Positions 8,769 to 17,192 are shown, numbered from the stretch's first letter. The stretch: 32,000 nucleotides of DNA from Candidatus Iainarchaeum sp. (GCA_038736825.1 JAVYME010000001.1:42708-74707), one strand, 5' to 3'. The notes: generated by a model not told the origin, from the letters alone. Numbers and translations: made by a program.

Positions 8769-9705
8769 AAAAGAAGTGATAGTTTCAGCCATGGGATTGT
8801 TTGTTGGAATCCTGTTATGGGCTTATTTTTTGAACGCTTCAGGGCTTTCCTGGCAGGATTTTTTGGAGCCAAGCATTGGGTCGCTCAAAACAAAAATTTT
8901 CAACACAAACTTTTACCTGTTCCTTTTATTTTTCGCACTATCACTGGCTTTTGCCTGCCTTGCAGCATTCAAAATGCAGGCAAAAAGCGCAATCACTGTT
9001 ATTTTAACTGGTTCAATGCCGGCAACAATACTGGCATTCCTTACACTGCCATTAATTGCAGGCTACAAATTCCTTCTCGCATTCTATGTGCTGGCATTAT
9101 GCGCTCTTGCCCTCACAGTAACCATAAAACTCAAAGAAATAAAAAAACTCACAAGAATTCGCTCTTTCAGTGCAGGAATCGGAACCTTCACCCTTTTGCT
9201 TGCAACCGGTTTCTTCATTGTTGGAATGTTAGAAATAATGCCCAACCAAAAAGAATACCTGTCAAAATTAGAGGACAGGCTTGCATCCGGAATTACCGGC
9301 GGAAACCTGACAGAAAAAATGGTTGGCGCAAACTTTAAAGCCCAATACCAGCTGTTGTGGACAATTCATTCCTCTCCACAATACCAGGAATTGCAAGACG
9401 TTGACGACAAGAGAGTAGTGAACTTCAGGGATTACTTCATTAAAACAATTGGTGCAGTCTACGAAGCATCCGAAAACCCTGCAAAAATCATTGCAGACAG
9501 CAACATTGCAGCAAAACAAGGAATGCTTGACACGCATTCAATTCTTGAAAGCAGTGTACCCTACTACAATCTCTTCTCAAAATATTTCTTCCTCTTTTAC
9601 CCGTTCATGATTTTCACAATAATAATCTCCATAGGCAACATTCTTTTCAGAATACTCGGAGTGCTTTTCGCACTACCACTCTCAACAATCTTCAAAAACA
9701 CTTAA
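8740..9705 (+). CDS. polytopic membrane protein (hypothetical, 321 aa)
   Basis: ATG ORF overlapping the map 3' end by 29 nt. Several hydrophobic helices flank a soluble central region. Confidence 0.65.
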   Translation: MLEALKAAVKKEVIVSAMGLFVGILLWAYFLNASGLSWQDFLEPSIGSLKTKIFNTNFYLFLLFFALSLAFACLAAFKMQAKSAITVILTGSMPATILAFLTLPLIAGYKFLLAFYVLALCALALTVTIKLKEIKKLTRIRSFSAGIGTFTLLLATGFFIVGMLEIMPNQKEYLSKLEDRLASGITGGNLTEKMVGANFKAQYQLLWTIHSSPQYQELQDVDDKRVVNFRDYFIKTIGAVYEASENPAKIIADSNIAAKQGMLDTHSILESSVPYYNLFSKYFFLFYPFMIFTIIISIGNILFRILGVLFALPLSTIFKNT

Positions 9706-9754
9706 AAACAATTGAAAAACATTTAAAACACTGCCCTGCACTATTAATTACAGT

Positions 9755-9881
9755 GGCCCCGTGGTGTAGTGGATAGCACAGTAGCTTGCGGAGAGCCTTT
9801 TTGTGAAAAAAAATAAAATGCATAAAAAAAAATAGCACTCGCAACCAGCTGCTGACCCGAGTTCGATCCTCGGCGGGGTCA
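9755..9881 (+). tRNA. tRNA-Arg (anticodon GCG) with a 55-nt intron at 37/38
   Basis: The acceptor is GGCCCCG/CGGGGUC with A73. The D arm is GUGU-AGUGGAUA-GCAC, the anticodon stem is GUAGC/GCUGC and the T arm is CCGAG-UUCGAUC-CUCGG. GCG lies at 9788-9790. The intron at 9792..9846 is framed by a canonical BHB. UUGC (9786-9789) pairs with GCAA (9841-9844). The 3-nt bulges are GGA and CCA. The outer helix is GAG/CUC. Confidence 0.85.
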
Positions 9882-9953
9882 ATGAATTGAAGAAAGGACG
9901 GCACAAGGATTCAAAGAACACCTCCTGAAAAAAAAAAGCTTTCGGAAAACAAA

Positions 9954-10216
9954 GCACGGGGACTGGGCTGGCACAAGGGCTGACAAGGACTCATTCAACT
10001 TGAGATGGACAGCGCAATTGCTGGACCGCAAGGCAGTTGTGGAATCCGGGGGCTTGACCCACGCTAAGGGGCTAGATGCAACCTGCAGACCTACCGCAAA
10101 GGAAGAGCAATTAAGGAAAATGAGCTTCACGCAACTGGCTCGCTGCAATGAACCGCTTTGGGGCAAAGTTGTGCTGATAGCTGCAATGTTTCGCACAAAA
10201 CCAGAATGAGCTACCC
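9954..10216 (+). ncRNA. candidate SRP (7S) RNA; ends approximate
   Basis: GC rises to about 60% against a roughly 38% background, and there is no convincing ORF. The segment 10082-10116 (CCUGCAGACCUACC-GCAAA-GGAAGAGCAAUUAAGG) resembles SRP helix 8, remembered as GGUCC-GGAA-GGAAGCAGC..AAGG. A long imperfect helix (10012-10042 with 10129-10156) encloses it. CUCAUU (9990-9995) pairs with AAUGAG (10205-10210). Confidence 0.45.
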
Positions 10217-10283
10217 AAAAAAAAAACAGTAGACGACACCTTCAAAGGACGCAGAATAAAAAGGCTGCAGTGAAAAACGCACC

Positions 10284-10598
10284 TTAACCATTCTCACATG
10301 GAATGTCAGATATTCCTTCTGGTCCACTCTTCTGGCATTTGCAGTTGCTGCAAAGCCCGATACAACCAAATCTTCCGCCGTCGCATAATGCTATTAGCGG
10401 GCAATGACCGGTTTTTATTCCAAGGCAGTCACAGTGCTCCCGTATTCCGCTGAAAGCATTCCATCTGCCGCATTCAAAGCCTACTGGAATGCCTAAAAAC
10501 CAGATGACAAAAAAAATCGCAAACAAAATCGCAACCAAAACAATCAAACGGCGCTTATGCTTTTTCAGCATATCCAAAAAACCAAGTTTTTCCGCCAC
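10284..10598 (-). CDS. small membrane-anchored Cys-rich protein (hypothetical, 104 aa)
   Basis: GTG-start ORF with one N-terminal TM helix (LIVLVAILFAIFFVIWFLGI). Eleven Cys follow in about 60 residues. Confidence 0.55.
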   Translation of the reverse strand: MAEKLGFLDMLKKHKRRLIVLVAILFAIFFVIWFLGIPVGFECGRWNAFSGIREHCDCLGIKTGHCPLIALCDGGRFGCIGLCSNCKCQKSGPEGISDIPCENG

Positions 10599-10652
10599 AA
10601 GATAACCTCCGTGAAAGTTGTATTATACTGGACATTTCAAGTATAAAATACT

Positions 10653-11818
10653 TTGCTTTTTGTTCAGGAGAAAAGCCGACTCTTCCAAAATCATCAAATT
10701 AAACTAAAGCATAGTCTTTGCATGCACCTGAACCTGTTGGCCTTGCATTCCCAGCAAGAGGACAACTGTTTGCGAAAGTGCCTTCGCGCCTACACCGTGC
10801 TGCCCAAATACTGCACAAAGCCAGACCAGCGAAACCAAAAGGCGGTTGAAATTGTTGAAATACTTCAAAAAATCAATTTTCGGCTAAGAAGAGAAATAAG
10901 CCAAACTGGCGCAAGAAATGGGAGCAAAAAACAGGGTATCCTCTCAAAGGAAAAACTTCAGAGGAGTGGACTCGCGGCAGAGCATCCATTCCCCTTATTG
11001 CAATAAAAGCGCTGGGAACCCTCGGGTGTAAAAATTAAGCTGACAGAATCCTAGAAAAAACAGAATATATCTCCAGCACAACTGGGGAAATAATTCGAAT
11101 ACCAAACAAGTTATCGTCAGATATCTTATATTTATCCGGTCTAATTTTGGGTGATGGAAGTCTCCCAATGAAAAAAATAAAGCCTGAAAACGCTTTTCGC
11201 TATGAAGTGACTATTACAAGCGGGAACCGTGAATTTCTAGACAAAAAAATTAGCCCTTTGTTCAAAAAAATATTTGAAACAAAGTTTGTTTCGATGCGGT
11301 TCTCTGGCCATTTTGGCAGTGCTTGGACAATGGTCAAAAGAAACAAGGCAATATTCCGCTTTTTTACTCAAATAATTGGATTGCCAAAAGGCAGAAAAGG
11401 CAAAAAAGGAAAAGTTCCGCAGATAATCAAAAAAAGCAGGCCGAGAGACGTTCTGCCGTTTATCGCCGGCCTTATCGATAGCGATATTGGAAAACACGGT
11501 AGGGGAATGGGAGCAACCTTTAGAAGCAAAGAACTAGTGACAGACTTAATGGAGCTCTTTAAAAAAATCGGAATAGAAACAAAAAACTACAAAACATATT
11601 ATAAGAATGGCCAATATCCACAGTATGATTTCACAATTCCAAAAGGCCAAATAATACAGTTAAAAGGCTTACTGGAAAAAACTTATTTACCTAAAAGAAT
11701 AGATAGACTAAAAACGCTTTACACTCTTGCAGGAGTTCGGGAGCGGTCAAACCGACACGGTTCAGGCCAGCATTCTCTTCATTTGAGTGGAGGTGTTGGG
11801 AAACGCCGTGTGGCTTAG
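10653..11818 (+). pseudogene. disrupted paralogue of the LAGLIDADG gene at 16044..17081
   Basis: The N-terminal-domain-like ORF 10653..11006 stops at 11006. The LAGLIDADG part runs in a different frame, open from 11039, with no ATG or GTG before motif 1 (YLSGLILGDGSL). Motif 2 is LPFIAGLIDSDIGKH. That frame has no stop of its own and runs 90 nt into tRNA-Leu. Confidence 0.55.
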
Positions 11819-11850
11819 TGCCTTCGGGGGTTCGAATCCTCCCTCCTGCA
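11729..11850 (+). tRNA. tRNA-Leu (anticodon CAG), class II, with a 38-nt intron at 37/38
   Basis: The acceptor is GCAGGAG/CUCCUGC with A73. The anticodon stem is CACGG/CCGUG, with CAG at 11763-11765. The long variable arm is GGC-UUAGU-GCC and the T arm is GGGGG-UUCGAAU-CCUCC. The intron at 11767..11804 has BHB-like pairing: UUC/GAA as the central helix and CAGCA/UGUUG as the outer helix. Confidence 0.8.
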
Positions 11851-11878
11851 ATCCTGATTAAAAAACAGAGCGTTTTCA

Positions 11879-12262
11879 ATGACTGGAAAAATTCCAGCAA
11901 AAACCTTGGAGTCATTGCTTGACGCGCTTCCAGTAGAAATCAGTTTTGTGGATGCAAAAGAAACCGTGCAATACTTTAACAGGGATGGTGCAAGGATTTT
12001 TCCACGCAACAAATCTGTTATTGGAATGAAAGTGCAAAACTGTCATTCGCCAAAAAGCTTGGAGAAAGTGCAAGCAATACTGGATGGATTCAAAAAAGGC
12101 ACTCTGAACAAAGTGGAATTTTGGACAGACTTGCAGGGAAAAAAAATCCTCATAAGCTATTTTCCCGTAAGGGACAAAAAAGGAAAATTTTTGGGCACTC
12201 TTGAAGTCACGCAGGACATTACAGAAATCCAAAAACTTAAAGGCGAAAAAAGACTGCTGTGA
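11879..12262 (+). CDS. stand-alone PAS domain protein (the PAS type found C-terminal in DUF438 proteins)
   Basis: LPVEISFVDAKETVQYFN...RIFPRNKSVIGMKVQNCHSPKSLEKV...EFW...ILISYFPVRDKKGKFLGTLEVTQDITEIQKLKGEKRLL matches my recollection of that family. Confidence 0.75.
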   Translation: MTGKIPAKTLESLLDALPVEISFVDAKETVQYFNRDGARIFPRNKSVIGMKVQNCHSPKSLEKVQAILDGFKKGTLNKVEFWTDLQGKKILISYFPVRDKKGKFLGTLEVTQDITEIQKLKGEKRLL

Positions 12263-12283
12263 ATTTCACTTTTTAGCCTTTTT

Positions 12284-13255
12284 CTAGTCCGGCTCCTCCC
12301 TGAATTTCAAAAACACGCAGTAAAAAATGAAGATTATTGCAAATGAAAGAGTAAGTGCCAAATCTTTCAAATAAAGGATCATCATCATAAAAGCCTGCAT
12401 TTGGTCCTGCAGGCTGTAAAATAATAATTTTGTCAGGGGTTGTGCAAATAATACAGCCAAAACAAGCAAAAAAGGCTCTTTTTTCCTTTCGAAATGCAGG
12501 ATAAAGGAAAAAAATAAAAACAACTTGGTGATGCTGATCCAAGTGGAAGACTGGGCAAATTTCAAAACAAGCGAGTAAAGCCCAGCCACTGGGTTGGAAA
12601 GCAGGTAGGCAATAAAATACTTAGGGTAAGTGGAATCGGTAAACAAAAAAGCATAGGTGCCATAAACGAAATCCTCAACCATAGGGTTTATCAAAAAAGC
12701 AAAAAGAGCAAGCAGTAAGCAGCACAGCAAAAAACCTTTCTCGAATTTTCTCAGGAACACCGCCATGGCCCCCAATCCATGGAAGACAAAAACAAAATAG
12801 GAAAAGACTGATTCAGTGATGACAGCCACCAGCAAGCCAGCCAGTCCACCAGAAATGTCAGCAACCGGGTATGCGAAAATATAAAAACCAATTAAAAATG
12901 CCGTATTAATAACGAATATTGCGCTTGCAACAGGAAGGAACTCGGACAGCCTTTTCACTTCAAGCCATCTGAACGCAAAAAAATAAAACAGTAAATCGAA
13001 GACAAGCATAAACAAGGGGCGCCACTCGAGAAAAAAAGGATCATTAAATAGGTTGGTGTAAAAAAAAAGTGATGCCAAAAAAACCAAAGACAAAAACAAT
13101 AGCAGTAAGGCAAAATAAATTACAGCAAGAATCCAGTGCTTTTTCTCAGGCACCAGCCTTGACTTCCAGATATTGAAATACTCGATGAAATGCGAATGCG
13201 ATTTTTTCAGCCTGTCTGCAATAATGGATTCCACATTAAATATACTAAATACCAA
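12284..13255 (-). CDS. polytopic integral membrane protein (hypothetical, 323 aa)
   Basis: ATG ORF with about 9 or more hydrophobic helices and no recognisable catalytic motif. Confidence 0.7.
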   Translation of the reverse strand: MVFSIFNVESIIADRLKKSHSHFIEYFNIWKSRLVPEKKHWILAVIYFALLLLFLSLVFLASLFFYTNLFNDPFFLEWRPLFMLVFDLLFYFFAFRWLEVKRLSEFLPVASAIFVINTAFLIGFYIFAYPVADISGGLAGLLVAVITESVFSYFVFVFHGLGAMAVFLRKFEKGFLLCCLLLALFAFLINPMVEDFVYGTYAFLFTDSTYPKYFIAYLLSNPVAGLYSLVLKFAQSSTWISITKLFLFFSFILHFERKKEPFLLVLAVLFAQPLTKLLFYSLQDQMQAFMMMILYLKDLALTLSFAIIFIFYCVFLKFREEPD

Positions 13256-13299
13256 TATAAAAAAACTTCTTCAACCAAAAATAAAGGAATAAAAAAAGC

Positions 13300-14217
13300 G
13301 TGATACACTTTACCAGTGAGGTGTTGCTTTTGAGGGCACTTTTTGCCGTGGCTTTGGTTGCCATGATTGCTGTTTTTTTTTCAGGCTGTACTGAAAAGAA
13401 AACTTTTGAATGCGAAAAGGATTCGGATTGCGCTCTTGGCTTCAACCTTGATAAGTGCTGTTCTTGCATTGAAGCCTTTCATTTGTCCGAATTCTCTTCA
13501 AACCAAGGCCCTGAAAAATATGATGCTGAAAAGGATGATTACAATAAGGGTTACCCATTGAAAAGAAGAGTGGATTGCGGGAACATGCGTTGCAAGGAGT
13601 GCCCAGATCGTCGGATGCTCAAAGCAGTCTGCGAAAACAAGAAATGCACTCTCGCTCTCAAAAAATCACCACCTCCTCTGCAAGAAACTCCCAAGCCAGA
13701 GTGTTACCAGCTTGAAGTGACAATCCGCAAAGAAATGGAAAAATTGAACCATTGTGAGAAGGCAGAAGACTGCGCTGCAAAATACATGGGCTGCCCTTTC
13801 AGCTGCCATGTGCTCGTAAACAAGGCTGAGGACACTTCTACAATAGAGCAAAAAATGAAGGAATACAATGCACAATGCGAGCCATGCCAGTATGACTGCG
13901 CAGGACTCCCGAAAGACTTCAATTGCCTGCAAGGAAAATGCGTTCCAGTAGGTATGTGCAGGGGCTATGAAGGCGGCATAATGAGCAGAGAGGAAATTGA
14001 GAACTGCAACTGTCCTCCTGGGTTGGAGAAATTCAGATGCCTTGCGAGTGCTTACTGTGCAACCAATTCAATGAAGGAGTGCAATGCTCAAGAGGACTGC
14101 CCTAAAGGCGAATCCTGCATCTCGGAAGACGGAAAAAAGTGGTATTGCACTGGCAGGCGCTGTGGTTGCTATCACAATGATCCAAAACATCCCGAAATGC
14201 AAATGTGCGTTGACTGA
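13300..14217 (+). CDS. secreted or lipid-anchored Cys-rich protein (hypothetical, 305 aa)
   Basis: GTG start. The signal-like N-terminus ends in a lipobox-like VFFSGC. More than 30 Cys are spread in CxxC- and CxC-type spacings. Confidence 0.7.
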   Translation: MIHFTSEVLLLRALFAVALVAMIAVFFSGCTEKKTFECEKDSDCALGFNLDKCCSCIEAFHLSEFSSNQGPEKYDAEKDDYNKGYPLKRRVDCGNMRCKECPDRRMLKAVCENKKCTLALKKSPPPLQETPKPECYQLEVTIRKEMEKLNHCEKAEDCAAKYMGCPFSCHVLVNKAEDTSTIEQKMKEYNAQCEPCQYDCAGLPKDFNCLQGKCVPVGMCRGYEGGIMSREEIENCNCPPGLEKFRCLASAYCATNSMKECNAQEDCPKGESCISEDGKKWYCTGRRCGCYHNDPKHPEMQMCVD

Positions 14218-14269
14218 AAAGCCATAATGGCAGAAACCTTTTTTAACCAAAAAAGCGTTTTTTTCTTGC

Positions 14270-14560
14270 ATGGATTTGACGCCAGCAAAGGCACTGAAAG
14301 CAATCGGTTTCTTTCTGGTTTTTGCTGGCTTGGTTGTGGCGCTTTTCGGGGTAAGCAATTGCAAGTTCAGCTTAAATGGCACTGGCTTGGACTGCTTTGC
14401 CAAAAAGGCCTTTATTGCAATCGGCTTGTGCTTGGCAGGCACAATAACAGGCTATTATGGGGAAATACTTGAAAGGGAAAGCGAGAAAGAAAAAAAGAAA
14501 CCCTTTGTTTTTCCATGGCCAAAACAAAAACAAATAAAAAGCCATGCAGGAAGAAAATAA
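14270..14560 (+). CDS. small membrane protein (hypothetical, 96 aa)
   Basis: ATG ORF with two hydrophobic helices and a Lys-rich tail. Confidence 0.5.
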   Translation: MDLTPAKALKAIGFFLVFAGLVVALFGVSNCKFSLNGTGLDCFAKKAFIAIGLCLAGTITGYYGEILERESEKEKKKPFVFPWPKQKQIKSHAGRK

Positions 14561-14609
14561 TAGTATGAGCGCAAAAGGCGATTGTCTTCATCTGCCCTGA
14601 TTCTGTTGA

Positions 14610-14617
14610 TTTTAATA
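14610..14617 (+). promoter_or_regulatory. candidate TATA box for tRNA-His (and possibly hisS)
   Basis: TTTTAATA is centred about 21 nt upstream of the tRNA 5' end. Confidence 0.45.
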
Positions 14618-14634
14618 GCGCTCGCTTTGAAAAT

Positions 14635-14708
14635 GGCTACGGTGGTCTAGTGGTCTAGGATACCGGCCTGTGGAGCCTGTGACCCGGGTTCGACTCCCGG
14701 CCGTGGCC
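14635..14708 (+). tRNA. tRNA-His (anticodon GUG) with genome-encoded G-1
   Basis: G-1 lies opposite C73. The acceptor is GCUACGG/CCGUGGC. The anticodon loop is CUGUGGA, with GUG at 14670-14672. The T arm is CCGGG-UUCGACU-CCCGG. Confidence 0.9.
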
Positions 14709-14725
14709 CTTTTGGTGATTGAAAA

Positions 14726-15988
14726 ATGGTTTTTCAGACTGTTCGCGGCATGCAGGATTTTTTGCCTGAGCGCGCTCGCAAAAAACAGTATATTGAGTGC
14801 GTGTGCCGCAAAGTATTCGAAAAATATGGCTTTTCGCCTTTGGAGACACCAATAGTTGAAGAATTCGCATTGCTTGCTGCAAAGGGTTCCGGCGGGGCAG
14901 CAATAGAGAATGAAATTTATTCTTTTGAGGATAAGGGTGGAAGAAAGCTGGGCTTGCGTTTTGATCTTACTGTTCCTCTTGCAAGGGTTGTTGCTTCAAA
15001 CAAGGCTTTAAGGCTGCCTTTTAAGCGCTACCAGATAGGCAGAGTCTATCGATATGATCGCCCGCAAGCGAAAAGGTACAGGGAGTTCACGCAGGCAGAC
15101 ATTGATATTGTTGGTTCAAAGTCAGTGCTTTGCGAGTTCGAGTTAATGGCTGCAACAATTGAAATAATGCAAACCCTGGGGCTTGACTTCTACATAATAA
15201 TTAATTCTCGCCCTTTGCTTGAAAACCTTGCACTCGCATGCAGTGTCCCAAAAGAAAAAATCGCAGAATGCTTTCGCGCAATCGACAAAGCCGAAAAACT
15301 GGGCTGGGACGAAAGCGAAAAAGAACTGAAAAACGCAAAAATTGAAACAGAAATAATCAAATTCCTGAAAGAAAACAACCTGGAAAAAGCAGAAAAAAAA
15401 GTGAAAGAAAAAAACCTTGACTTGAAAGGATTTAAAGAAATAAAGGAACTCTTTGGCCTGCTCAAAGAACAAAAACTGGAAAAATTTGCAAAAGCCGAAT
15501 TAAGCCTTGCAAGAGGCCTCGAATACTATACAGGGCTTGTTTTTGAAGTAAAACTGGAAAAAGGCCCCAGCGTTGGCGGAGGAGGCCGATACGACAAACT
15601 CATTGCATTATACGGGGGACAGGATTTGCCGGCAACAGGCATTTCTTTCGGCATTGAAAGGCTGCTGGATTCTTTGGAGGAAAAAATTCCCACTGTTCCG
15701 GAAACCAAGGTTTTGGTTGTGCCTGTGAACAAGGCATTCAATTCAGGCGCCCTAGATTTAACCCAAAAAATTCGCTCTTTAGGCATCAACACAGAAATGG
15801 ACTTAATGGAAAAAGGAATTGGAAAAAACATAGAGTACGCTGAAAAGAAAGGCATTCCCTTTGTGATTGTCATCGGAGAACGCGAATTGAAAGAACAAAA
15901 ATTTAAGGCAAAAGAACTCAAAACAGGAAAGGAAACAGAAATTGCTTTCACAAATTTGCCACTCCTCAGGGAACTGATTAAGGATTAA
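14726..15988 (+). CDS. hisS: histidyl-tRNA synthetase
   Basis: The N-terminus is VRGMQDFLP. Motif 2 is YRYDRPQAKRYREFTQADIDIVG. The His-binding element is GGGGRYD. Motif 3 is GISFGIERL. Confidence 0.95.
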   Translation: MVFQTVRGMQDFLPERARKKQYIECVCRKVFEKYGFSPLETPIVEEFALLAAKGSGGAAIENEIYSFEDKGGRKLGLRFDLTVPLARVVASNKALRLPFKRYQIGRVYRYDRPQAKRYREFTQADIDIVGSKSVLCEFELMAATIEIMQTLGLDFYIIINSRPLLENLALACSVPKEKIAECFRAIDKAEKLGWDESEKELKNAKIETEIIKFLKENNLEKAEKKVKEKNLDLKGFKEIKELFGLLKEQKLEKFAKAELSLARGLEYYTGLVFEVKLEKGPSVGGGGRYDKLIALYGGQDLPATGISFGIERLLDSLEEKIPTVPETKVLVVPVNKAFNSGALDLTQKIRSLGINTEMDLMEKGIGKNIEYAEKKGIPFVIVIGERELKEQKFKAKELKTGKETEIAFTNLPLLRELIKD

Positions 15989-16018
15989 AAAGGGTTGCTG
16001 GGCAAATTACTTGTTAAT

Positions 16019-16090
16019 GCCCATGTAGTTCAGTGGCAGAACGTCACCTTGGTAAGGTGGAAGTCGGGGGTTCAATCCCCCCCATGGGCT
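16019..16090 (+). tRNA. tRNA-Thr (anticodon GGU)
   Basis: The acceptor is GCCCAUG/CAUGGGC with U73. The D arm is GUUC-AGUGGCA-GAAC. The anticodon loop is UUGGUAA, with GGU at 16051-16053. The T arm is GGGGG-UUCAAUC-CCCCC. Confidence 0.9.
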
Positions 16091-17081
16091 TTGTAATTCG
16101 CCTTATTCGGTTCAAGTGCTTTTGGTTAGAAAAACCGATCATCGACACCCACTTCTCAAATTGTTTGTGGCCATAAATTTCAGTGAAATAATTCTGCCTG
16201 TTTTTTCCTTTATAAAGAACGAAGTACTTTGACAGAATTTCCTGAATTTGTAATGTCAGATTCTTGCTTACCACTTGCAGAGTTATTCTCGGATATGGTT
16301 CAGCATACGCTTTTCTTTGGTCAAAGAACACGCAGCCGTCAGTGTCAAATATTCCCCTGACTGTCGAAAGGATGTTCTCTTCGGAAGAATTTAGTATTTC
16401 TTCTGGAATCTTGACAGAATGGCACTTTAAACCTTTAGGAAAGCCGAATCGCCCAGTAAGCAAAACGTAGAGTTGCTTGGAGTGAAATCTCATTCTAATG
16501 GCTCTCTTATCAGCAACCCTATAAAAGTGCGGTTTGAAACCACCGAAAAGCCCGCAAATAACGCCTGCCAAATACCCCAAATACTCTTTATCCAAAACAC
16601 TATCGCCAGCGATCTCAACAAAATAATGCCGCCCGTATTTGTTTGCGAAACCGTCGCCGATAAAGGCGCCAACAAACTCGCACAATGGCTTTGACAACGG
16701 CAGATTTACAGCAAAATTAGCTTTATCCTTTTCCATCAAGAGCCTGAGTTTTCTTAGCTTTTTTCTGCCCTGCTTAAGAATTCTCGGATGGAGTTCCAAC
16801 GTTGTTTTGCCACCCAAAACCGCGCCCCAATTGGAAGACCTTCTTATGGAGTTCTTCTTGAAATAGTCCAACTCGTTTTGAGAGCAGTCTTTGGAAACCA
16901 GTTCAAACAAAGTGCACGGGACAGTGGACTTTCCGTATAAAAAATTCTGGAACGTTGTTCTCGGCAAACCCATCAAAAAACGCAATTCTTCCCAAGTCCT
17001 TGCCCCCTTTAATTCCCTCAATTTGAGAAAAAACCGCTTCCTTGCTTCCGCACTCTTGAATTCAACCCTCTCTTTAGCCAT
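16044..17081 (-). CDS. double-motif LAGLIDADG family protein with an N-terminal ~140-aa helical (HTH-like) domain
   Basis: The motifs are FVGAFIGDGFA and VRGIFDTDGCVFF. The last ~15 codons (...MGGIEPPTSTLPR) are antisense to the tRNA-Thr(GGU) 3' half. Confidence 0.8.
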   Translation of the reverse strand: MAKERVEFKSAEARKRFFLKLRELKGARTWEELRFLMGLPRTTFQNFLYGKSTVPCTLFELVSKDCSQNELDYFKKNSIRRSSNWGAVLGGKTTLELHPRILKQGRKKLRKLRLLMEKDKANFAVNLPLSKPLCEFVGAFIGDGFANKYGRHYFVEIAGDSVLDKEYLGYLAGVICGLFGGFKPHFYRVADKRAIRMRFHSKQLYVLLTGRFGFPKGLKCHSVKIPEEILNSSEENILSTVRGIFDTDGCVFFDQRKAYAEPYPRITLQVVSKNLTLQIQEILSKYFVLYKGKNRQNYFTEIYGHKQFEKWVSMIGFSNQKHLNRIRRITKPMGGIEPPTSTLPR

Positions 17082-17192
17082 GCAAAAAAAAATACTTCAA
17101 GAATTAAAAAAACATAATCAGGGTTCGCTTCCCCTGAACACAGGTTAAGCCAAAGGCTTTTTTATAGAGAAAGCGCTTGCCAAAAAAATGAA

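Noticed and set aside
9879-10209. ORFs of 105 aa (-) and 69 aa (+) across the GC-rich island
   Set aside because: They have no start context or recognisable motifs, and their composition is Arg/Ala/Cys-rich. The region is better explained as a structured RNA.
9890-10250. RNase P RNA-like strings (GAAGAAAGGACGG resembling CR-I; CUAGAUG resembling CR-IV; ACAGUAGACGACACCUU resembling CR-V)
   Set aside because: The spacing and order do not fit: the CR-IV-like and CR-V-like strings are about 150 nt apart. The P4 pairing is only 4+2 bp, and the CR-V consensus ACANAANNNGNCUUA is not met.
14670-14855. ORFs reading through tRNA genes (e.g. 14670..14855, 14655..14903 -, 22970..23221, 22952..23227 -, 9692..9957 -)
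   Set aside because: They overlap tRNA exons and introns and have low-complexity translations. They are artefacts of the six-frame track.
15143-15472. Antisense and alternative-frame ORFs inside hisS, polB, the 279-aa gene and the P-loop gene
   Set aside because: They are Phe/Lys/Ser-rich mirror translations of A/G-rich coding sequence. The sense-frame proteins have clear family motifs.
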